DNA of 31,480 nt from Octopus sinensis (Eukaryota), in contig NW_021832963.1 of NCBI RefSeq assembly GCF_006345805.1, forward strand, positions 1 to 31,480, read 5' to 3'. Made by a program: the position numbers and the translations under genes. Positions 22,772 to 31,480 of this stretch are shown one piece after another (positions within the stretch are counted from its first letter, which is position 1; each line of letters starts with the position of its first letter). Under the pieces are notes generated by a model. That model ran no database searches. It worked only from the letters and a program-made list of their open reading frames with translations, and had not been told where the DNA came from.

Positions 22772-23424
22772 TCGTGTAACCGCATGTGTAGGCATTGTTG
22801 TGTTTCTCTGAAAGACATTACGCATGTGATTAGTAGATGTCCTTAAACGTCATCACGGTACTACCTCCCTATGCGGCATGATGTTGTTGCTAAAACAATT
22901 TACAATGCCATCCGTAAAAAAGACTGTCCTGAAATAAACTTAGAAAAACCCTCTGTTATGGAACCAACTCACGGAATACTGGTGGAATATTTCGATCAAA
23001 TCTTCTGTCAAATGTAAGCATAACAGGCCGGATATTGTTGTGTGGGACAGAGGGGCAAAAGTATGTACCATCATAGAAGTTAACTGCCCCTGCAGATATA
23101 GATATCTCTTTGAAAATCAAAGAAAAAAAGGATATCTATGGACAACCGCTTCGAGATTTCCAGCGTTAAAACCCAGACAATGAATTCTTATTCCTGCCAT
23201 AATAATTGGAGCACTAGGTTTTGAGAATTTGGATAAACTGGGATTTTCAGAAAGCGAAATTGACCGGCTGGTCCGTATATTACAAGTTCAATCTGTGAGT
23301 GGAACAGTAAATATATTCAAGACTTTTCTCAAGTCCCAAATGTGAATTTGTGTTAACTACATCCCAAAGATGGAGCCTGCTCCCTCCTCAGTGGAAGATT
23401 TATAATAATTAAAAAGTAGAAGAG
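22772..23424 (+). mobile_element. 3' portion of an R4/Dong-like RLE non-LTR retrotransposon (CCHC knuckle + restriction-like endonuclease), pseudogenised
   Basis: Manual translation: CRHC..KDITHVISRCP (CCHC), YLPMRHDVVAKTIY (RHD motif), WWNISIK..KCKHNRPDIVVWD..VCTIIEVNCP (PD..E), KEKKDIY, PIIIGALG, LGFSESEIDRLVRILQVQSVSGTVNIFKTFLKSQM* (TGA at 23343-23345), then a short 3' UTR. Not captured by the ORF track because of stops and frameshifts. Confidence 0.92.
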
Positions 23425-23520
23425 ACATACATACATACATATATGCATACATACATACATGCATACATACATACATACATACATACATACATACATACAT
23501 ACATACATACATACATACAT
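23425..23520. repeat. (ACAT)n microsatellite abutting the RLE LINE 3' end
   Basis: Visible directly. Confidence 0.95.
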
Positions 23521-24049
23521 TTAAGGTTTCGTAGGTTCGTAAGACGAAATCTTCTCATCAGATATCTAGGGAAGAGTTAAATGATTTGAGACAAATCATG
23601 GCTATATATGTTTGGTCTCTATTGGTCAACTCAGGACATATTGTGTTGATGCTACCGAAACTTCCTGATGCTCATTAAAAAACATTTTCCAAGAAATCAT
23701 ATCAATATAAACTCTTCAATCCCTACGATGTATAAAGTTCAGTTACTCATGCTTAGATAACATTGCTTCAAATATCGCATGCTGCCTGTATAGAAGAAAC
23801 AACCTCCCTCATGTTGGTCATCCAGCCTTAATTTTAAACCTAACGCCAATGACGCCCGAACTACCATCCGGCGACAAACAATCCACCCTGAAACAATGAA
23901 CTGATGTCGCTAATTACATATACCACAACTTGAGAGAGGACAAATGCCTCCAACATCCTGTCCGAGCACCTGGAGGGGGAAAAAGAATAAACAAAAGAAC
24001 TGGTGTCGCTTCCGCAGCATTACCACCACGTTTCTAGAGTTGATCAATA

Positions 24050-24168
24050 CGTGTGTGTGTCTGTATTTTAGTGTCTATGCTTGTTCCCCCACCATCACCC
24101 GACAACCACTGCTGGTGTGTTTACGTCGCCGTAACTTAGCGGTTCGGCATGATAGACCGATAGATTAA
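24050..24168 (+). mobile_element. CORE-SINE family B 3'-domain fragment
   Basis: gacaaccactgctggtgtgtttacgtcgccgtaacttagcggttcggc. Confidence 0.8.
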
Positions 24169-24289
24169 ATATTTGTCATAATTACTAAGTCCATATATTT
24201 CGGGTAAAATAGCACTTTATAAAGTATTAAGACAGCAAGAGGAATATATTTACCCGTTGTCCTGCCAAGATAATGTTCGATCTGCATTC

Positions 24290-24615
24290 TTATCATCAAC
24301 CAAGTGCCCTCCCTGTGTCCAAAATTCTCCAGTTTCCTCTGTGTTTTGTTGCATTCATACAGTCAGCTAGGTTTTTGTTTCCAGTTCATTCGTCAGTCCA
24401 CAAACGTCGATGACTGTCACTTGCTCTTTTCCCGCCACACTTCTTATCCAAACGGTTTTAGGCAATGACTCGTGGTACATCACACGTCCAAAATATGGTA
24501 ACTTTGTGGACTTGATTCTTCACACAAGAGATCGTTGGTCTTTCAACTTTTCTAGTTCATTCTGCAGTGTTTGTTACCCTTCCTTTCCAACATATTCAGC
24601 CCAATCTGTAGAACA
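24290..24615 (-). mobile_element. Decayed 3' end of an RTE-clade LINE
   Basis: Manual minus translation: FYRLG*ICWKGRVTN...RIKSTKLPYFGRVMYHESLPKTV...VAGK..HRRLWTD...ATKHRGNWR. Matches the RTE C-terminal pattern (ISWxDRVTN / RKLxYFGHV / GKRxRGRPRxxWxD / DRxxWR). Ends gggcacttggttgatgat. Confidence 0.75.
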
Positions 24616-25279
24616 CTGATTTTCTCAATAAATCCAAAAAATTAAAAAAACCTAATACTGACTACATCACTATTTTTGCCCACCAACTCCGCCATTTTCT
24701 ATTTCGAATTTACACGATTCTTTTCTGTTTTCACGCCCACGTTTACTCTGTTACCCTTATTGCGCTATAATTCCGTTACCCATTCTCTTTTCTTGACAGC
24801 AGTTAGTCAAATTACCATAAGTTCACTGGAATTCCATAGAAATCTTAAACGTCAACATTACGCTGAGTTACTTAAAATGGGGGTTCGTTCATTCTATCTT
24901 TTAAAACACATCATTTCCTTTCATAGCGTTTACTTTAGATTAACTTAGCTTAGCTTCGGACTATTCCGCGCCTTTCTTTTGTTGATCTTCGCTACACTTA
25001 TCCCATTTTACGCCTCATTTCCGTATAATAATTCTAATTTCCTATTCCATATTCTCAGGTTGCCTTTAATCTAAATTCTTTCTTCATTCTTCATTTTTTT
25101 ACATCCTTTGTATGTCTATTTTTTTTTTGCTTTTGTTTCTGCCTTGGTGTCTACATTTTATTTATACAAACGTGAATGTGTGTTTGTGTGTGCAAGTTGC
25201 AAGTGTAATAATGTGTGTGTGGATCTATATGTCTATAACAGTGTGTGTGTGTACAGAATAATCACCCAACAACACATCT

Positions 25280-25290
25280 ACGTATGTGTG

Positions 25291-25341
<51 letters not shown>

Positions 25342-25736
25342 GTATGTATGTATGTATGTATGTATGTACATATATAAATACACACACACATATGTATTTA
25401 TGCACATGTCGATTATAAATGTATATATACATGCACACACACTCAAACATATATTTGTACGTATGTACGTATGTATGTATATATGATTATATATGTATAT
25501 TATGATTATAATCAATAATATAATGTATATTTATATATATATATACATATATCTATGTATCTATATATACATATAATATATATATGTACTATATATATAA
25601 ATGCATATATATATGTATATATATATATAATATATATATGTATATGTAATATACATATATACTATACACGATATCTGTATGTATATGTACAAATGTGATA
25701 TACAATCACATATACATGCATATACATATGTGTATA

Positions 25737-25775
<39 letters not shown>

Positions 25776-25868
25776 AGTGAGTGAGTGAGCGAGCGAGTGA
25801 GTGAGCGAGCGAGTGAGTGAGCGAGCGAGTGAGTGAGCGAGCGAGCGAGAGAGAGAGAGAGAGAGAGT
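25280..25868. repeat. Compound (TA)n/(TATG)n/(GA)n/(GAGT/GAGC)n microsatellites
   Basis: Visible directly. Confidence 0.9.
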
Positions 25869-26163
25869 AAAGTGGAATCGCTATAGTGCGTACCTCATTC
25901 CTATATCCACTTTTTTTAAAATCTGTCCTACACAGAATTCCTTATTTCTCATCAAGGCCTGCTTCTTTTTGTTTACCTTTCTTTTTTTATATCATTATCG
26001 TTACTATTTTTCTTCATTATGTTAATCTTTGTTTACACGCAAAACCCTCACAACAATACACACTCACACACACACACACATACACACACATTTTTTGCTT
26101 TGTCCTATACTATCCATAATGGGTTTTTTCTTAAAGTAAACCCTTTGTGGTTCATAAAGAAAC

Positions 26164-26224
<61 letters not shown>

Positions 26225-26360
26225 AAATTCAGCCGAGGTCGATTTTGCCTCTCATCCTTCGGGGTCGATAAATTAAGTACCGGTGAAACACTGGTACCGA
26301 CGTCATCGACTAGTCCCCTAACCCCAAAATTTTAAGTCCTTGTGCTTTCAGTAGAAAGGA
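26225..26360 (+). mobile_element. 5'-truncated SINE family A (tail type A) embedded in (TAT)n
   Basis: gccgaggtcgattttgcctctcatccttcggggtcgataaattaagtacc...ccttgtgctttcagtagaaagga; (TAT)n on both sides. Confidence 0.85.
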
Positions 26361-26366
26361 CTGTTG

Positions 26367-26375
26367 TTATTATTA

Positions 26376-26436
<61 letters not shown>

Positions 26437-26437
26437 C

Positions 26438-26527
<90 letters not shown>

Positions 26528-26901
26528 CATCATCATCACCATCATCATCAGCTTCATAATCATCATCATAAACAAGTCCTCATCATCATCAATACCATCA
26601 TCCCTATTATCACCATGACCACCACTACTAACAACAACAACAACAACAACAATAGTCCACTACCAAAAAGAACCACTCGATCCAGACGACGTCTACCACC
26701 ACCATCCTCCTCTTCTTCCTGCTCCTCCTCCTCGTAATCGTCATCATCATCATCATCATCATCATCAACATCATCATCATTATCGTCATCATCGTCGGAG
26801 TCGTCGCCGCTGTCGTCATCTTTCATTCTTTTATTCATTTCTTCAGGTTCTTATACTGTATATCACTTCATACATCACACCACCACCACCACCACCCTCT
26901 T

Positions 26902-26933
<32 letters not shown>

Positions 26934-27315
26934 TCTCTTTCTCTCTCTCTCACTCTTTCTCCTCTCTTTCTCTTTTTCTTCTTCTTTGACACCAATTATT
27001 TTCCTCTTTATCACCCTGTGTGTGATTGTGTGTATGCATATATACATATACATACATTTATATATATATATACATATATATACAGACATATATATATATA
27101 TGAATATATTCATATGTATATAAATATATCTATATACGTATATATATATATATATATATATAATACACACACACACATATATATATATACATACATAAAT
27201 ACATATATATATGTGTGTGTCTATATATGTGTGTTTGTTTTTGTGACAGCCTTAATGTATAAATGCATACACGCACACACATACACACTCACACACACAC
27301 GCACACACACATATA
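26367..27315. repeat. (TAT)n, (CAT)n, (AAC)n, (CT)n, (TA)n and (CA)n microsatellite cluster
   Basis: Visible directly. Confidence 0.9.
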
Positions 27316-27750
27316 TTAGCTATTAGCGGCAAAAACAGCCGTTGTAACGAATATCTAACCAACACAACCAACACAACTCGGAGTTGATAAGAAACTGCAG
27401 TAACCATCTTGAGAGATAATCGCGCCTAGACATATAGGTGCTAAAAAAGCACAAATTATATCCGCAGATGAATTTCGTCACTACCGGTTTTTGTTTTGAG
27501 ATTGTTGTATCACGTGATTTCACTGCCGGTTTACATCATCAGCAGAAGACACACATAATTGAACACAAGACCAAATTTCGTCAAATCGATATAGTTTGAT
27601 ACGGGCTAATCAGTGAATGGCGTCGCAAATAGCTGGCGGGCCTTGAATAAATTAGCTTTTTAGCGATGGCAGCAGCGTTTGTAACGAATATTAATTCGTA
27701 TAGACCAACTTAAATTTGATATGCTATGAAAACGCCATAAACTGCAGTAA

Positions 27751-27790
<40 letters not shown>

Positions 27791-27847
27791 TGAGTGTGAG
27801 TGTATGCATATACATACGCACACAATATAGATAGATAGATAGATAGA

Positions 27848-28066
27848 TTTCTTTATTGGCCACACAGTGCTAAACACAGAAGGTACAAATTAAAAAATAG
27901 AGCGTTTCTTTTTGGGAAGAAGAGAAGGGGAGAATAAAAGGGAGACGGCGATTTCCGATCACAATGGATCGTTAAAAGAAGAAAAAGAAAGAAAGAAAAA
28001 CGGGGGGGGGGCGAATTCCGACGAAAAGGGATCGTGAGGAAAAGGAAAAAGAAGTGGGGCCGATCA
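27848..28066 (-). mobile_element. LINE family C 3' tail fragment inserted in (GATA)n
   Basis: tttctttattggccacacagtgctaaacacag...agagc...aaaagggatcgt; flanked by (GATA)n at 27827-27847 and (GACA/GATA)n at 28067-28240. Confidence 0.75.
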
Positions 28067-28107
28067 ATAGACAGACAGACAGATAGATAGATAGATAGAT
28101 AGATAGG

Positions 28108-28185
<78 letters not shown>

Positions 28186-28574
28186 CACAGACAGACAGAC
28201 AGACAGGCAAGCAGACAGACAGACAGGCCGACAGATAGATATTCATAAATAGATACTTCTACACACATGCAATATTATATTCATAAAGCAATCCAGCCTT
28301 CCCTCTTTTCCCTATGTACGATTACACATTACTTGACGGCTTCAGCATGTATGCAAAGCGTATATCTATCTCATCTCTACCACCCCTTATCTTCCTTGCT
28401 ATTGTAGTTAGGTGTCTTAACTGTCCAGTCTTAACACTTGCCTGCAATGCAGACATTAACAAAATGTTTACCTACCATTTGTCGCAATGTCAGCCATTTT
28501 GCGTCAAATCAATTGCCCTCTAGACATGTTAAGCATACAAATGCTGTCTCAATGACGGCCTGGGTTTTACTTGT

Positions 28575-29430
<856 letters not shown>

Positions 29431-29708
29431 TTTATGCAGTCATTAAAACAACTTGCTAATAGCTAAATACGATATAAATAACTCAGTAAACCGTCGTGTT
29501 ATTTTTAACATTGAAATGAAAGGACAACAGAAAGACAGCGGGGAGGGGGTGAAGGAGAGAAGACAGGGAGAAGAAGGAGGAGGACGGCTGAATTGCAGAT
29601 GATCATGGTGGTGACGGTGAGAGAAAAGATTGTAAAGATATTGATATTTCAACTAATCGAAATATAATCAAAATGGTTCCTAATTATATAACATTATTTC
29701 TTTATGAT

Positions 29709-30214
29709 AAGGCGGCGAGCTAGCAGAAACGTTAGCACGCCGGGTGAAATGCGCAGCCGTATTTCGTCTGCCGTTACGTTCTGAGTTCAAATTACGCCGA
29801 AGTCGACTTTGCCTTTCATCCTTTCGGGGTCGATAAATTAAGTACCAGTTACTCACTGGGGTCGATATAATCGACTTAATCCGTTTGTCTGTCCTTGTTT
29901 GCAGGAAAACTGCTGACCTCGTGTCCAAATTTAAAACCATTATTTCGAAGACACGTTGTAAGGCATCGGTGTGGCAGAGTCGTTAACACACTTGACAAAA
30001 TGCTTATCGGTATTTCTTCTACCTTTACATGGCCAGAGTTCAAATGTCACCGGCGTCAACTTTGCCTTTTATCCTTTCAAGGTCGATGAAATAAATATTA
30101 AGTTGGTTCTGGGGCCGATTACATCGGCCAGCCCCTTCCCGTAACCTTTCAGGCCTTGTGCCTCGAGCAAAACGAATTTCGTCTGCTTTTATGTTCTGAG
30201 TTCAAATTCCGCCG
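29709..30214 (+). mobile_element. SINE family A cluster: young copy 29709-29900, older copy about 29960-30170, short internal fragment 30174-30214
   Basis: aaggcggcgagctagcagaaacgttagc head; three GAGTTCAAAT B-boxes. Confidence 0.9.
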
Positions 30215-30271
30215 ACATACATACGTACATACATACATGTATGACGATTTTTTTTTTCATACACACATACA

Positions 30272-30461
30272 TGTTGGCGATTATTTTTCCTCTGTCTTCC
30301 CTTCTCTGGATCTTTCCTTCTCCTATGTTTCCGACGAAGAGTTCCGCTCGAAACGTTAAACCCTCCTTCTTTCCTTCTTTCCTGAGTGTCTAATAATACT
30401 ATATTTGTTCCACGTCCTCGCGTTGTTGTGTTTTGTTTCTGCTTTCATGTTTGGATTAACT
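30272..30461 (+). mobile_element. Short non-autonomous hammerhead-bearing element (Penelope pLTR / retrozyme-like)
   Basis: Pyrimidine-rich unit of about 190 bp between (CATA)n tracts, containing the hammerhead at 30327-30361. Confidence 0.6.
30327..30361 (+). ncRNA. Minimal type I hammerhead-like ribozyme, core variant U4C
   Basis: GUUU-CCGACGA-A-GAGU-UCC-GCUC-GAAAC-GUU-AAAC. Stem I GUUU/AAAC, stem II GAGU/GCUC, palindromic ACGU stem III. Confidence 0.7.
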
Positions 30462-30462
30462 T

Positions 30463-30692
30463 TACATACATAGATACATAAATACATACATACATTGACA
30501 CTCACGCTCATACATACATATATATACATACATATGTTCACACACACATAATACACATATATACATACATACAATTATACACATACATACACACACATAC
30601 ATACATGCATAAACACATACATACATACATACATACATACACACATACATACACACATTCATACACATACAAACACACACATACATACATAA
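30463..30692. repeat. (CATA)n/(CA)n microsatellite
   Basis: Visible directly. Confidence 0.9.
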
Positions 30693-30739
30693 CATGATAT
30701 AATATTCTCGTTATTCCTCAGTTATGCTGACACCTTATA

Positions 30740-30905
30740 TGCCTTTGTTTATTTCTTAACTGTTTGTTTGTTGCACCTTAAAACCCGGTGTATCATGGCT
30801 GCTACAGGAAATTGGTTTTTTGGGCAACACACCCGGAAGTACATGTTGTTATTACATAGTTCTCCGAGTCGTTAATTTTATGATGAACGTTGCTATGGAA
30901 ACCTA
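30740..30905. promoter_or_regulatory. Candidate cis-regulatory module (RFX X-box + ETS + forkhead motifs)
   Basis: GTTGCTATGGAAAC at 30889-30902, CCGGAAGT at 30833-30840, TGTTTATT at 30746-30753, TGTTTGTTTG at 30761-30770, all in non-repetitive DNA. Confidence 0.35.
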
Positions 30906-31348
30906 CGTGTGTACGGTTTCAGTTATTGTCGGGTTTGGTTTTTGTGTGTTTGTTTTATGTGCACGTCTGTCTGTGTACAGTTTAGCAGCACTTTTACAAA
31001 TGAAACTGTTCTAATTGGTCACAGAATTTGGCACAAGGAATGCAAAGATTCGGGAAGGAAAAGAGAAGGAGAGAAAGACGTGGAGGAGGAGGTGGTAGAA
31101 ACGAGACAGAAATATAAAAATACCCGTACACATATGCACGCGCCTTTGTGTGTATGTATGTAAACCATTCTTTTTAAATATTAGTAAATATATACTCTAC
31201 TAAAATTTTTGGACGCTTCAACTGCAGGCGAAATTGCTTATATAAACGTGTGTGTATATCGGTGTCTCTGCATACACACACACACACATATAAACACACA
31301 CACACACACACACACATAACTACATATTATATATATATATATATATAT

Positions 31349-31480
31349 GGGGAGAATTCGCAAAATAAAAAGACGAAGACAGTGTGTGTAGACAACAAAC
31401 AGGTATTAGTATACTCTCGGGAAGGGAAAAAGTCTTTAACGTTTCGAGCCTACGATCCTCCACAGAAAGGAACACAGAAA
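31349..31480 (-). mobile_element. Hammerhead-bearing short element (same family as the palindrome inner arms), running off the window end; 3' end abuts (TA)n
   Basis: Minus 31469-31434: CUUU-CUGUGGA-G-GAUC-GUAG-GCUC-GAAAC-GUU-AAAG. Downstream gacttttt...tgtcttc similar to 10971-11018. Confidence 0.7.

Noticed and set aside
28471-28505. Minus-strand caaaATGGCTGACATTGCGACAAATG|gtaggt as a possible first coding micro-exon (also a YY1-like motif)
   Set aside because: Only about 7 codons, with no downstream exon found and no other support; compatible with chance.

Overview
This is eukaryotic, AT-rich, non-coding DNA with a very high microsatellite content. The SINE families and repeat landscape match what I recognise from Octopus (cephalopod) genomes; this is an inference, not a database match. 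I found no intact host gene. Almost every ORF in the supplied track is a microsatellite or SINE artefact. The real coding remnants all come from retrotransposons: a broken Penelope-like element (RT plus GIY-YIG, about 14.7-17.05 kb, minus), R4/Dong-type RLE LINE fragments (4.9-5.5, 6.5-6.7 and 22.8-23.4 kb), an RTE LINE 3' end and a possible CR1 end. The window also holds about 20 copies of two tRNA-derived SINE families and a MITE with 29-bp TIRs and an 8-bp TSD. Four things stand out. (1) There are several hammerhead-ribozyme-like motifs from different families, with non-canonical cores (CUGUNGA three times, CCGACGA, CUGAUGC). (2) A roughly 840-bp spacerless palindrome is centred on (TA)6 and carries a tail-to-tail hammerhead pair. 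(3) Different retroelements appear to occupy different microsatellites: RLE LINE in (ACAT)n, LINE-tail family in (TATC)n, hammerhead elements at (TA)n. (4) One SINE appears to insert into itself at fixed internal sites.
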